Positions 52,179 to 62,434 of a stretch of DNA of 64,000 nt are shown here, one piece after another (within the stretch, counting starts at the first letter, position 1; each line of letters starts with the position of its first letter). Under the pieces are notes generated by a model. The model was not told the origin of the DNA. It saw only the letters and a program-made list of their open reading frames with translations, and ran no database searches. This stretch comes from Arcobacteraceae bacterium (lineage in GTDB: Bacteria; Campylobacterota; Campylobacteria; Campylobacterales; Arcobacteraceae), in assembly GCA_965224485.1 (NCBI GenBank), contig CBDCZH010000003.1, positions 32,705 to 96,704 on the forward strand. Direction: 5' to 3'. The position numbers and the translations under genes are program-made.

Positions 52179-52787
52179 ATGAACTTAGATTCTAGTTTTA
52201 TTATTACTTCGACTATAATCATCGTTTCATTAATTCCTTTATATATTTATAGTAAAAAAGCATTTAAAGTTTATTATCAAAAAAAAGATATTTCTTCTTT
52301 TCTAAAAGATATAAAAATATACCTAAATGAAACATTTTTTAATATAACTTTTAACTATAAGATTTTAGAAAAAACAAAAGATGTTAAAGATTCTAGAATT
52401 AAACAAACACTAATTATAGAAGATATAATTTCTCAATTTAATTCTTTTGAATACTCAACGTATACACAAGATCCACTTAATCATGATCTTTTATGGGCAT
52501 CTTATGAAAGTGAGTCCAAACCTTTTAATCAAAAAGCTCCAAAAGATTTAATAAGAAGAAAAGAATTAGCCTGGAAAAGAGATAAAGAAGCTTGTGATAG
52601 ATGTGGTCAAAAAGTAAAACTTCTTGAAGCTCATCTTACTTTTGCTAAAGAAATACAAGATGGAGGAAGTTACCATTTTGAAAATTTAACAATTTTATGT
52701 AATGATTGTTATAGAATTAAAAATTCAAGCTCTTGCGTAAAAGATTTACATTTAGAAAATATTTTAATGAAAAAAGCTTTATTTTAA
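52179..52787 (+). CDS. membrane-anchored HNH-like domain protein
   Basis: N-terminal TM; RD..ACDRCG...DGGSY..ENL.ILCNDC. Confidence 0.65.
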   Translation: MNLDSSFIITSTIIIVSLIPLYIYSKKAFKVYYQKKDISSFLKDIKIYLNETFFNITFNYKILEKTKDVKDSRIKQTLIIEDIISQFNSFEYSTYTQDPLNHDLLWASYESESKPFNQKAPKDLIRRKELAWKRDKEACDRCGQKVKLLEAHLTFAKEIQDGGSYHFENLTILCNDCYRIKNSSSCVKDLHLENILMKKALF

Positions 52788-54248
52788 AGCATTTTTACCA
52801 TAAATAAGTTCTAAGTGTTTTTTATGTATTAAAGCATAATCTTTATCTTTACTCTTTAGTTTATCTCTGTTTTTTAATTTTTTTAAAGATGCTTCTAAAA
52901 ACTTATTTTCTAAAATATTTAATTTAGCTAATTGTTCTGTGATATAAGTTAAATCCTTATTTTGAGGTATTATATATGGAGTTATGATTATTATTAAATT
53001 TTTTAAAGATTTTTTATTTATAGTATTTTGAAAAACGTTTCCAAGAATGGGAATTTCACTTAAAAAAGGAATAGAATCTTTACTCTTTTCATTCTTCTCT
53101 TGTATTAAACCACCTAAAATTACACTCTCCCCATTATTTACAATAGCAGTAGTTTGAATTTGTTTTTTAGAAGTGTCAGCATTTCCTGAAGCTGTTATTG
53201 TTGTTTTTACTCCTTCAATACTAGCTTTTATTTGTAAAACAACCTTTGTTCCCATAACTCTAGGTTTTACACTTAGATTAAGACCTATATCTTCTCTTAT
53301 ATATGAATTACTAGTACCACTAGAGTTTGTTGTTTTACCTGTTAAAATAGAAATAGTTTCTCCAACATAAATACTTGATTCACTATTATTTAAACATAAT
53401 AGTGAAGGTTGAGAGACTATATCTAAAGCATAGTCTTGCCTTAGTAAGTTTAAAGATGCACCAAGGGCTAAACCTGAATTTATATTTGGAATACTTAAGC
53501 CAATTTGTGAAGGATCAAAAGAGAAAGCATTTCCTGCATTTAAAGAAGATGAAAATGTTATTAAATTAGAATTCTTTGAACTAGCAGCTAAAATTCCATA
53601 TTTTATACCAATATTATTTAATAAATCATCATTTACTTCTATTATTTTTGCTTTTACATAAACTTGAATTCTTTCTTTATCAAGTTCAATAATTAACTTA
53701 TCAAAAAATTTAATTTCTTTTTTACTAGCTATTAAAATAATAGAATTATTAGCTTCATCAAGTGAAACAAAAGTATTTGTATACTTAGACTTAGTGGATT
53801 TTATAATATCTTTTATAATATTTAAAATAACAGAGGCTTCAATATGTTTTAATTTTTTTACAAATAAAATATCTTTTTTTAAACTTATTCTTTTTTTATC
53901 TAGTTCTTTTTTACGATTAGTTTTTATATTTGAACTATTTTTTTTAATTTTAACAATTTTAAGAATATTGTCTTTTTGGATTAAAGTATAACCTTTTTCT
54001 TTTAAAGTCATAAAAAGAATTGTTCTTAATTCTTTTTTACTAATACTTTTATTAGAAATAAAATTAACCCTACCTTCTATTTCATGGGTAACTAAGATAT
54101 TTTTATTAAGTATTTTAGCTGATATATTTATAAGCTCAGAAATTTTTAGATCTTTAAAATTAATATTTAGCTCTTCTGCAAATAAAAAATTTGAAAATAA
54201 AAAGAAATGAAAAATAAATTTTAGAGAAGATATTCTTAAATAAGACAT
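52779..54248 (-). CDS. secretin (GspD/PulD-like)
   Basis: N0 domain (INFKDLKISELI), QVYVKAKIIEV, I.VGETI, GL.L.VKP, VILGGLI, IPFLSEIPILG.VF, LIIIITPYI. Confidence 0.85.
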   Translation of the reverse strand: MSYLRISSLKFIFHFFLFSNFLFAEELNINFKDLKISELINISAKILNKNILVTHEIEGRVNFISNKSISKKELRTILFMTLKEKGYTLIQKDNILKIVKIKKNSSNIKTNRKKELDKKRISLKKDILFVKKLKHIEASVILNIIKDIIKSTKSKYTNTFVSLDEANNSIILIASKKEIKFFDKLIIELDKERIQVYVKAKIIEVNDDLLNNIGIKYGILAASSKNSNLITFSSSLNAGNAFSFDPSQIGLSIPNINSGLALGASLNLLRQDYALDIVSQPSLLCLNNSESSIYVGETISILTGKTTNSSGTSNSYIREDIGLNLSVKPRVMGTKVVLQIKASIEGVKTTITASGNADTSKKQIQTTAIVNNGESVILGGLIQEKNEKSKDSIPFLSEIPILGNVFQNTINKKSLKNLIIIITPYIIPQNKDLTYITEQLAKLNILENKFLEASLKKLKNRDKLKSKDKDYALIHKKHLELIYGKNALK

Positions 54249-54306
54249 AAAATAAACCTTGGTAAAAAGATTTAGAAGTATAGCCAATTAATAATTAAAT
54301 AGATTA

Positions 54307-54891
54307 TTAACTTAACGAAAATTCTCTTTTTAATTCTTCTTTTAAACATCTCTCTAAACTAAGGAAATTTTTAGAACTTGCTTCTAAAGAAAGTATCACG
54401 TCTTGTAAAAACTCTTTATTTACAATATTGATATCTAAGGTTTTACATAAATACTCTAGTTTACTTAATTCAGTGTATGTAATACTAAGTGATTTTATTT
54501 CAAGATTAGTATAAACTAAAAGCTTTGCTTCTTTTATTACTAAATTAGCTGCTTGGCTATAAGCTCTTACTAAACCACCAGTTCCTAGTTTAATTCCACC
54601 AAAATACCTAACTATTATAATAGCTGTATTAATAAGCTCATTTCCAGAAACAACACTAAGTGTTGGTCGTCCAGATGTTCCTCTTGGCTCTCCATCATCA
54701 CTAGAGTTTTCAACAATTTGATTAAATTCATTTAAATATCTATATGCATATACAAAATGCCTAGCTTTTGTATGCTTATTTTTAAGTTCTTGCATTTTTT
54801 CTTTAAAAATTTTATAAGAAAAAATATAAGCAATAAATTTTGATTTTTTCTCTTCATAGGTGTAGATATATTCATCATTTACATATTTCAT
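54307..54891 (-). CDS. yigZ: YigZ/IMPACT family protein
   Basis: KKSKFIA, ARH.VYAY, SDDGEP.GTSG.P, VRYFGGIKLGTGGLVRAY. Confidence 0.92.
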   Translation of the reverse strand: MKYVNDEYIYTYEEKKSKFIAYIFSYKIFKEKMQELKNKHTKARHFVYAYRYLNEFNQIVENSSDDGEPRGTSGRPTLSVVSGNELINTAIIIVRYFGGIKLGTGGLVRAYSQAANLVIKEAKLLVYTNLEIKSLSITYTELSKLEYLCKTLDINIVNKEFLQDVILSLEASSKNFLSLERCLKEELKREFSLS

Positions 54892-54957
54892 TCAAAAGTT
54901 TAACTAAAATAAACCAAATAAAACAGAAATTCATATAAGTTTAAATATAATACTTTT

Positions 54958-55689
54958 ATGAGATTAGATCAATATTTAAACATAAAACATAATATTCAAA
55001 GCAGAAACAAAGCCCAAGAATTAATTAAAAAAAACAAGATTAAGATAAATGGTAAAATCATTTCTAAACCTTCTTATTTAGTACAAGAAAATGATGAACT
55101 TGAAATTTTAGAAGATGAATTCTATGTTTCAAGAGCAGCTTATAAATTAAAATATTTCTTAGATGAAATTAATTTAGATATTAAAAATAAAGAAGCTTTA
55201 GATATAGGTTCAAGTACGGGTGGTTTTACTCAAGTTTTACTAGAAAAAAATGTAAAAAATGTAACTTGTGTGGATGTAGGAACAAATCAATTACATTCAA
55301 GTTTAAAAACAAATAGTAAAATCACTTTTTATGAGAAACAAGATATTAGAAGCTTTAAAAGTAAAAAAACATTTGATTTACTTACTTGTGATGTATCTTT
55401 TATATCTGTTTTAAATATCATTGATGCTCTTGATACTTTAGCACAAGAAGATATTATAATTTTATTCAAACCTCAATTTGAAGTTGGAATAAATGTAAAA
55501 AGAGATAAAAAAGGTGTAGTTTTAGATTTAAAAGCTATTAAAAGTAGTAGAGAAAAATTTCTTGAAACTATTTTAAACTTAAAATGGAAACTAATAGATA
55601 CAAAACCTTCTAAACTTGAAGGAAAAGATGGAAATATAGAAGAATTATTTCACTTTAAAAAAATTAATAAAAAAGAAAATATATGTTAG
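54958..55689 (+). CDS. tlyA: TlyA-family rRNA 2'-O-methyltransferase
   Basis: S4 domain, VSRA..KL, DIGSSTGGFT, DVSFIS, KPQFE, G.DGN.E. Confidence 0.93.
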   Translation: MRLDQYLNIKHNIQSRNKAQELIKKNKIKINGKIISKPSYLVQENDELEILEDEFYVSRAAYKLKYFLDEINLDIKNKEALDIGSSTGGFTQVLLEKNVKNVTCVDVGTNQLHSSLKTNSKITFYEKQDIRSFKSKKTFDLLTCDVSFISVLNIIDALDTLAQEDIIILFKPQFEVGINVKRDKKGVVLDLKAIKSSREKFLETILNLKWKLIDTKPSKLEGKDGNIEELFHFKKINKKENIC

Positions 55690-56519
55690 TTGATAAAAAA
55701 AATATAACTTCTCTTACTATTGGTGGTTTTGATGGAATGCACCTAGCCCATCAAAAACTTTTTTCTGCTTTAGGAGAGAATGGAGCTATTATTGTAATTG
55801 ATACAGGATATGCTAGTTTAACTCCAAACCTATATAGACAAGAACATAGTAAATACCCTATTTTTTATTATAAACTTGAAAATATAAAACATCTTAAGGG
55901 TGATGAATTTATAAAATTATTGCAAAAAGAGTTTTCTTCTTTAAATAAGATTGTAGTTGGTTTTGATTTTTGTTTTGGAAAAAATAGAAAATACAATATT
56001 ACTAACTTAAAAGAAATATTTAAAAATCAAGTAGATGTTATAGGTGAAATTTCTATAAATAATATAGCCGTTCACTCCCGAGTCATAAGAGAATATATAA
56101 CAAATGGCAAGATAGAACTTGCAAATGAGCTTTTAGGAAGAAAGTATTCTATTAATGGTGCTCAAATTAAAGGACAAGGTTTAGGAAGTAAAAGTTTTGT
56201 TCCTACTATTAATCTAAGCGTAAATAATTTTACTCTTCCAAATGAAGGCGTTTATATAACAAAAACTCTTATAAACAACCTTGAACATGAGTCTGTTACT
56301 TTTTTAGGGAATAGAGTAACAACAGATGGTTCTTATGCAATAGAGACTCATATTTTAAATAAAAATATTACAAATGCACAAGATGAAATTATTATTAAAT
56401 TTTATTCTAAAATTAGAACTAACAAAAAGTTTGATTCTTTTGAAGAATTAAAAAAAGAAATCAATAAAGATATTAGCCAAGCAAGTGAGTATTTTAAAAT
56501 AGCTAATAATGATAAATAG
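55683..56519 (+). CDS. ribF: bifunctional riboflavin kinase/FAD synthetase
   Basis: IGGFDGMHLAHQ, VGFDF.FG, G.G.G....PTIN, ETHIL. Confidence 0.93.
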   Translation: MLVDKKNITSLTIGGFDGMHLAHQKLFSALGENGAIIVIDTGYASLTPNLYRQEHSKYPIFYYKLENIKHLKGDEFIKLLQKEFSSLNKIVVGFDFCFGKNRKYNITNLKEIFKNQVDVIGEISINNIAVHSRVIREYITNGKIELANELLGRKYSINGAQIKGQGLGSKSFVPTINLSVNNFTLPNEGVYITKTLINNLEHESVTFLGNRVTTDGSYAIETHILNKNITNAQDEIIIKFYSKIRTNKKFDSFEELKKEINKDISQASEYFKIANNDK

Positions 56520-56550
56520 TTATTAATAATCATTTAGCTAAAATATCAAT

Positions 56551-57258
56551 ATGATTGATAAAGTGTTTAATAAAAGTAATAAAAAACAATTTGAATTTGA
56601 TGAAGAAGTGGCTGCTGTTTTTGATGATATGCTCTCACGCTCTGTTCCTTATTATAAACAAATGCAAAAACTAAGTATTGATTTTGCTTTAAAGTTTTTA
56701 CAAAAAGATGATAGAGTTTATGACTTAGGATGTTCAACAGCAACAACCTTAATTGAATTATCAAAACGCTCAAAAAACAACTTACACTTAATAGGTATTG
56801 ATAATTCTAAAGCTATGTTAAAAAAAGCAAAAGAGAAAGCAAATGCTTTTGGCGTTAATATTGATTTTAAGCAATCAGATATTTTTGATGTAGACCTAGA
56901 AAATGCAAAACTAGTTATTTCAAACTATACCTTGCAGTTTATACGACCATTACAAAGAGAAAAATTAATTAAAAAAATTTACAATAGTTTAAATGAAAAA
57001 GGTGTTTTTATTTTTTCTGAGAAAATTATCTCTACAAATAAAGTATTAGATAAGTATTTTATAGATGAATATTATGAATTTAAAAAGACTCAAGGTTATT
57101 CTGAATTTGAAATAGCTCAAAAAAGAGAAGCGTTAGAGAATGTTTTAATTCCATATACGCAAGAAGAAAATAATAAAATGATATTAGATGCAGGATTTAC
57201 TCATTGTGAAATACTTTTCAAATGGTTAAATTTTTCAACTTTTATTGCAATAAAATAA
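56551..57258 (+). CDS. cmoA: carboxy-S-adenosyl-L-methionine synthase
   Basis: [39 protein letters not shown]. Confidence 0.93.
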   Translation: MIDKVFNKSNKKQFEFDEEVAAVFDDMLSRSVPYYKQMQKLSIDFALKFLQKDDRVYDLGCSTATTLIELSKRSKNNLHLIGIDNSKAMLKKAKEKANAFGVNIDFKQSDIFDVDLENAKLVISNYTLQFIRPLQREKLIKKIYNSLNEKGVFIFSEKIISTNKVLDKYFIDEYYEFKKTQGYSEFEIAQKREALENVLIPYTQEENNKMILDAGFTHCEILFKWLNFSTFIAIK

Positions 57259-57267
57259 AGGAAACAG

Positions 57268-57774
57268 ATGTTAAAAATAGGTGACAAAGCACCTTCATTT
57301 TGTATAGTTAATCAAGATGATGTAGAAATATGTTTAAGAGATATACTTGGGAAATGGATAGTTTTATACTTTTATCCTAAAGATGATACTCCTGGTTGTA
57401 CAATACAAGCCTGCGATTTTACTGATGCTGTAAATGATTTTGATGATTTAGATGCAATTATTTTAGGAATTTCTCCGGATTCAAGCCAAAAACACAGAAA
57501 ATTTATAGAAAAAAAAGATTTAGAAATTACTTTATTAGCAGATATTGATAAAAAAGCTTGTGAAGCATATAATGTTTGGCAATTAAAGAAATTTATGGGT
57601 AAAGAGTATATGGGTGTGATTAGAAGTACTTTTATTATAAATCCAAAAGGTAATATTGCAGCTATTTGGGAAAAAGTATCTGTAAGAGTAAAGAATAGAA
57701 AAACTAAAGAAGAAACTTTACATGTAAACAATGTAAAAGAAGAACTTAAAAAACTACAAATGAACGAAGGATAA
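57268..57774 (+). CDS. bcp: thioredoxin-dependent thiol peroxidase (BCP)
   Basis: LYFYPKDDTPGCT.QAC.F, RSTFII. Confidence 0.93.
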   Translation: MLKIGDKAPSFCIVNQDDVEICLRDILGKWIVLYFYPKDDTPGCTIQACDFTDAVNDFDDLDAIILGISPDSSQKHRKFIEKKDLEITLLADIDKKACEAYNVWQLKKFMGKEYMGVIRSTFIINPKGNIAAIWEKVSVRVKNRKTKEETLHVNNVKEELKKLQMNEG

Positions 57775-57776
57775 AA

Positions 57777-58841
57777 ATGAGAACTAAACTATTATTTCTT
57801 GCTACATTAACACTATTAACACAAAGTTTAAGTGCTAAAGATACAAATTGTTATATAAAAAACTGGACTGTGCCTTCTAGTGTTGAAACAATTGAGCTTA
57901 ATGGAGGAGAATGTAAGGGTAAATATTCCCTACGAGATATGAAACAAAGAGGTTGGTTTATAAAAGATATTATTATAAATGCAAATAAACAAGGTCTTGA
58001 TTATACTTATATTTTAAGTGATGTTAATCCAATAACAATAAAAAAAGAAAATGAGCAAATAAAAGCTTTAAAAAAATCTGTTTTATTGCAAAACTCTAAA
58101 ACTGTAGAGATCACAAATGTAAGTGAAGAAACAGCAAAGATAAATATTGGTAATTTAAGACTTGGACAAAGTGGAATTGTTAGACATTTATACAAAGACA
58201 ATAAATCAATTATAGTTTCAGATGCTTATGTTTTATCTTCAAATGAAAATTCTTCTACAATTAAATTTATTCCATTTTTAGGATTAAAACAAAATGCTAT
58301 TCCTACATCAAATAGAAAAGCTCAAAATAAAGATCTTTTTACATTAAATTATTTATATAATTCATCTTTATTAATAACACCAGATGCAACATCATTTAGA
58401 GCAACAAGATTAAAATTTAGAGATCAAAATTTTCAACACTCTGATATATTTGGTTCTTATTTAAAAATACAGCAACAACCCTTACCTTCAAAAAGTTTAA
58501 TTCAAGATTTTGCTATTCAAGAAGATTTAGGAACTATTTTTATAGTTATTAATACAAAAGTTTATATTGTAGATACAAGAACATTTGTGATTTTAGAAAC
58601 AAAAAATATTTCATATTTATCAAAAAAAGAGCAAATGCCTTTTTACACAAGAGTTGAAAAAATTGAAGCAGGCCTATTTTCATCTTCATGGACAAGTTGG
58701 TTTAACTTTAAATGGTTTAAAGATTTTATAGCTGATGATTCTAATAAAACAGATGATGAAATTATTTTCAATGAAGAAGCAAAAAATAAATTACTTAAAA
58801 CTTCTTACAATGCTTACTATAAAAAGATATTAGGATTATAA
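57777..58841 (+). CDS. exported protein with plasminogen-binding (PgbA/B-like) N-terminal domain
   Basis: Signal peptide; GQSGIV, LNYLY...LLI.P, H.D.F, P......F, FY.R; family name from memory. Confidence 0.6.
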   Translation: MRTKLLFLATLTLLTQSLSAKDTNCYIKNWTVPSSVETIELNGGECKGKYSLRDMKQRGWFIKDIIINANKQGLDYTYILSDVNPITIKKENEQIKALKKSVLLQNSKTVEITNVSEETAKINIGNLRLGQSGIVRHLYKDNKSIIVSDAYVLSSNENSSTIKFIPFLGLKQNAIPTSNRKAQNKDLFTLNYLYNSSLLITPDATSFRATRLKFRDQNFQHSDIFGSYLKIQQQPLPSKSLIQDFAIQEDLGTIFIVINTKVYIVDTRTFVILETKNISYLSKKEQMPFYTRVEKIEAGLFSSSWTSWFNFKWFKDFIADDSNKTDDEIIFNEEAKNKLLKTSYNAYYKKILGL

Positions 58842-58842
58842 G

Positions 58843-60231
58843 TTGATTGAACAAGAGCACTTAACTTCTTTTATAAATATTGTTGGAAAGCAAAATGTTA
58901 AAAGTGATAAAGCTCACCTAATTGCATATTCTTATGATGCAACAAGAGAAAGATTTGAGCCTGATGCAGTTATTTTTCCTAAAAATGAAGAAGATGTATC
59001 AAATGTTCTTAAATATTGTAATGAACATAAAATTGTTATAGTTCCAAGAGGAGCTGGTTCTTGTTTTACAGGAGGAGCTTTACCTTCAAGTGGAGGCATA
59101 ATCTTATCACTTGAAAGACATATGAATCAAATTTTAGAAATTGATATGGAAAATATGTTAGGAATTGTACAACCTGGTGTTATAAATATGGATTTTCAAA
59201 TAGCAGCCCAAGAAGTAGGACTTTTTTATCCTCCTGATCCAGCAAGTGAGCTATATTGTACTTTAGGTGGTAATGTAGCAGAAAATGCAGGAGGAATGAG
59301 AGCAGCTAAGTATGGCATTACAAAAGATTATGTAGTTGCTCTACGTGCTGTTTTACCTAATGGTGAAATTATAATTGCTGGTAAAAAAACAATTAAAGAT
59401 GTTGCTGGTTATAATATAGCTGGTATTTTAATTGCTAGTGAAGGAACTTTAGCTGTAATCACTCAAATTACTTTGAAATTAATTCCAAAACCTAAATTTA
59501 AACAAACATATATGGGAGTTTTTCCTGATGTTACAAAAGCAATGAATGCAGTATTTAAATCCCTTGCCTCTGGTGCGAATCCTGTTGCTATGGAATTTTT
59601 AGATGCTCTTGTTATTGCAGCTTTAAAACAAAAATTTCCTGATATTAAACTACCTTCAAATGCAGGTGGAATTTTAGTAGGTGATGTTGATGGAAGCTCA
59701 CAAGAAGAAGTTACTTCACAATTAGAAACCCTTAGAGCTTCGTTTAAGCAAAATGGCTCAAGTGATTTTATAATTGCAGAGACTAAAGAAGAATCAGAAA
59801 AACTTTGGTTTGCTAGAAAAAATGCAAGTCCGGCTACAATGGTTTATGGTACAAAAAAATTAAATGAAGATATTTCAGTTCCTAGATCAAAACTACCAGA
59901 AGCCCTAGAAGCAATATATAAAATAGCAGATAAATATGGAGTTAAAGCACCTTGCTTTGGTCATTCTGGTGATGGAAATATTCATGTTAATGTAATGGTA
60001 AAAAATAAAAACAATGAAGAAGAAATGAAAAAAGGACACAAAGCTATTGAAGAAATTTTTCAATTAGTTATTGATCTAGGTGGTACACTTTCAGGTGAAC
60101 ATGGAATTGGATTATCAAAAGCACCATTTATGAGTATAGCTTTTTCTGATGCAGAAATGAATTTATTTAGAAGTATAAAAAAAGCATTTGATCCAAATAA
60201 TATTTTAAATCCTTTTAAAATGGGATTATAA
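58843..60231 (+). CDS. glcD: FAD-linked oxidase, glycolate/D-lactate oxidase GlcD family
   Basis: PRGAG, FYPPDPAS, GGNVAENAGG, SEGTL, GHSGDGNIH, SGEHGIG. Confidence 0.85.
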   Translation: MIEQEHLTSFINIVGKQNVKSDKAHLIAYSYDATRERFEPDAVIFPKNEEDVSNVLKYCNEHKIVIVPRGAGSCFTGGALPSSGGIILSLERHMNQILEIDMENMLGIVQPGVINMDFQIAAQEVGLFYPPDPASELYCTLGGNVAENAGGMRAAKYGITKDYVVALRAVLPNGEIIIAGKKTIKDVAGYNIAGILIASEGTLAVITQITLKLIPKPKFKQTYMGVFPDVTKAMNAVFKSLASGANPVAMEFLDALVIAALKQKFPDIKLPSNAGGILVGDVDGSSQEEVTSQLETLRASFKQNGSSDFIIAETKEESEKLWFARKNASPATMVYGTKKLNEDISVPRSKLPEALEAIYKIADKYGVKAPCFGHSGDGNIHVNVMVKNKNNEEEMKKGHKAIEEIFQLVIDLGGTLSGEHGIGLSKAPFMSIAFSDAEMNLFRSIKKAFDPNNILNPFKMGL

Positions 60232-60250
60232 AAGGAAAAAAAGGCATATA

Positions 60251-61054
60251 ATGCAAGATAAAATAATAGAAAAACCTTTAAAGAAATTTATTGAATTATT
60301 AGATTCATTTTTTAATGATGATACAACTTATTTTGCAGCAAGCCTTAGCTTTTTTACTATTTTTTCTATTCTTCCTATAATTACTTTACTTTTAGCGATT
60401 ATTTCAAATTTAGAACAATTTAATCAATATTTAGATCTATTCACAATATATATGCTTGATTTTTTAAATCCTTCTCATTCGGAAAATTTTATACTCTTAT
60501 TCAAAAGTTTTATTTCAAATTCAAATAAATTAGGAAGTATTGGAATTATTTATATGCTCTTTGTATTTACAATGTTTTTTAAAGATTATGAATATATTGT
60601 AAATAAAATACATAAAACAAAAAGAAAATCTCTTCATATATCTTTTTTATTTTATTTATCATTTATAATATTTTTACCAATTATTTTTGCAAGTTATATA
60701 ATATTAACTTCTTTTTATACAAATACTATTTTTGATATACTTGTAACATCAATTTTTGCTTGGATTATATTTTTTATTCTATTTAAACTTACTGTAAATA
60801 GACATATAACAGTAAAATCAGCACTTATCTCTTCTTTAGTAACTTTAGTTTCTCTCTCAATTACAAAAAACTTATTTATTTATTATGTTTTATATAATCA
60901 AACATATAATACTATTTATGGTTCTATGGCAACACTTTTATTTACCTTTCTATGGATTTATATTTCTTGGATAATATTTTTATATGGAGTTAAATTATGT
61001 CATAGATTAAATATCCAAGAATTACAAAAAAATAAAATAAAGAAGGTAAGATAA
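60251..61054 (+). CDS. YihY/BrkB family membrane protein
   Basis: AASLSFFTIFSILP, YNTIYGS, LWIYISW.I.L.G. Confidence 0.88.
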   Translation: MQDKIIEKPLKKFIELLDSFFNDDTTYFAASLSFFTIFSILPIITLLLAIISNLEQFNQYLDLFTIYMLDFLNPSHSENFILLFKSFISNSNKLGSIGIIYMLFVFTMFFKDYEYIVNKIHKTKRKSLHISFLFYLSFIIFLPIIFASYIILTSFYTNTIFDILVTSIFAWIIFFILFKLTVNRHITVKSALISSLVTLVSLSITKNLFIYYVLYNQTYNTIYGSMATLLFTFLWIYISWIIFLYGVKLCHRLNIQELQKNKIKKVR

Positions 61055-61117
61055 TAATATAATAGATTATTAATTAAAATAATAATAAACTTACTCATAA
61101 AATAACTAGGAAAAACA

Positions 61118-62434
61118 ATGAGTACGTTAAATATATTACACGATATTTGCAAAAAAATAGAAGTTTCATACTTTAATAATAACTCAGAACAGTCATTAAA
61201 AATAAGAACACTATTAGAAATAGACTTTAAAAAAGTAAAAGTTTATAATACTAGTGAAATATTAAATATTAAAGAACTTTCCTGTAGTTTATTGATTTTT
61301 GATATTAGTGAAAATAATTACAGTAATAAAATAAAGAAAAAACTTGAAGACTTAAGTAAAAAATTTGTAATTTTATTATCACTAACTTCAAATTCTGATT
61401 TGCGCTTATATGATAAACTTAAACAAGATTATGAAATAAACTCTTTTGATAAATCAAATATTAATGCAGTTATCAATGTAATAGCAACAGCAGTTAAATA
61501 TATTCAAAAACAATCCAAGATTAACTCTTTAGAGAACAAAGTAAGTGAGTTCAAAAAAATTTTAGAAATTTATGATGAGCATATAATTGCATCAATTACT
61601 GATAAAAAGGGAATTATAAAATATGCTACAAAAGCTTTTTCTATTATTTCAGGCTTTAGTAATAATGAATTATTAGGAAATAAACACTCACTAATAAGGC
61701 ATAAAGATCAAGATAATAATACCTTTAAAAATTTATGGAAAAGTATAAGTTGCGGTAAGATTTGGAAGGGTGAGATTAAAAATAAAAAAAAAGATGGTGG
61801 TTTTTACTGGGTATATGCAACTATTTCTCCTGAATTTGATGAATTCAATAATATAGTTGGATATTCAGCAATAAGGCAAGATATAACCGAGAAAAAGCAC
61901 ATAGAATACTTAGCAATAACAGATAGTTTAACTAAACTTTATAATAGACGGCATTTTGATACAGTTTTTAAAAGAGAACTTAAAAATGCAAAAAGGCATC
62001 AATTTAATTTAGCTTTTATCTTACTTGATATTGATTTTTTTAAACAATATAATGATGCTTATGGACATCAAGAAGGAGATAATGTTTTAAAAAAAGTAGC
62101 AAAGTGCTTACAAAATACATTTAGAAGACCTGATGATTATGCTTTTAGAGTAGGAGGAGAAGAATTTGCTATATTATTTATTGTTGAAGAAAAAAATGAT
62201 TCTATTTTATTAGCACAAGAATTATTAAAAAATATAGAAAACTTAAAAATAGAACATAAAGATAGTAAGATTTTAGATGTACTTACTATTTCCATTGGTT
62301 TATCTTATGTTCAAAGTTCAATTCATTTAGATACTAAGTATTTATATAAAGTAACAGATGATGCTCTATATTTTGCAAAAAGAAAAGGTAGGAATCAGTT
62401 AAAAAGTGTTAATATTAAAACTAATAGTTTTTAA
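61118..62434 (+). CDS. PAS-containing diguanylate cyclase
   Basis: PAS (TD.KG.I.Y...F..ISG...KDG.FYWV), DSLTKLYNRR, DIDFFK..ND.YGH..GD, RxxD I-site (RPDD), GGEEF. Confidence 0.92.
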   Translation: MSTLNILHDICKKIEVSYFNNNSEQSLKIRTLLEIDFKKVKVYNTSEILNIKELSCSLLIFDISENNYSNKIKKKLEDLSKKFVILLSLTSNSDLRLYDKLKQDYEINSFDKSNINAVINVIATAVKYIQKQSKINSLENKVSEFKKILEIYDEHIIASITDKKGIIKYATKAFSIISGFSNNELLGNKHSLIRHKDQDNNTFKNLWKSISCGKIWKGEIKNKKKDGGFYWVYATISPEFDEFNNIVGYSAIRQDITEKKHIEYLAITDSLTKLYNRRHFDTVFKRELKNAKRHQFNLAFILLDIDFFKQYNDAYGHQEGDNVLKKVAKCLQNTFRRPDDYAFRVGGEEFAILFIVEEKNDSILLAQELLKNIENLKIEHKDSKILDVLTISIGLSYVQSSIHLDTKYLYKVTDDALYFAKRKGRNQLKSVNIKTNSF

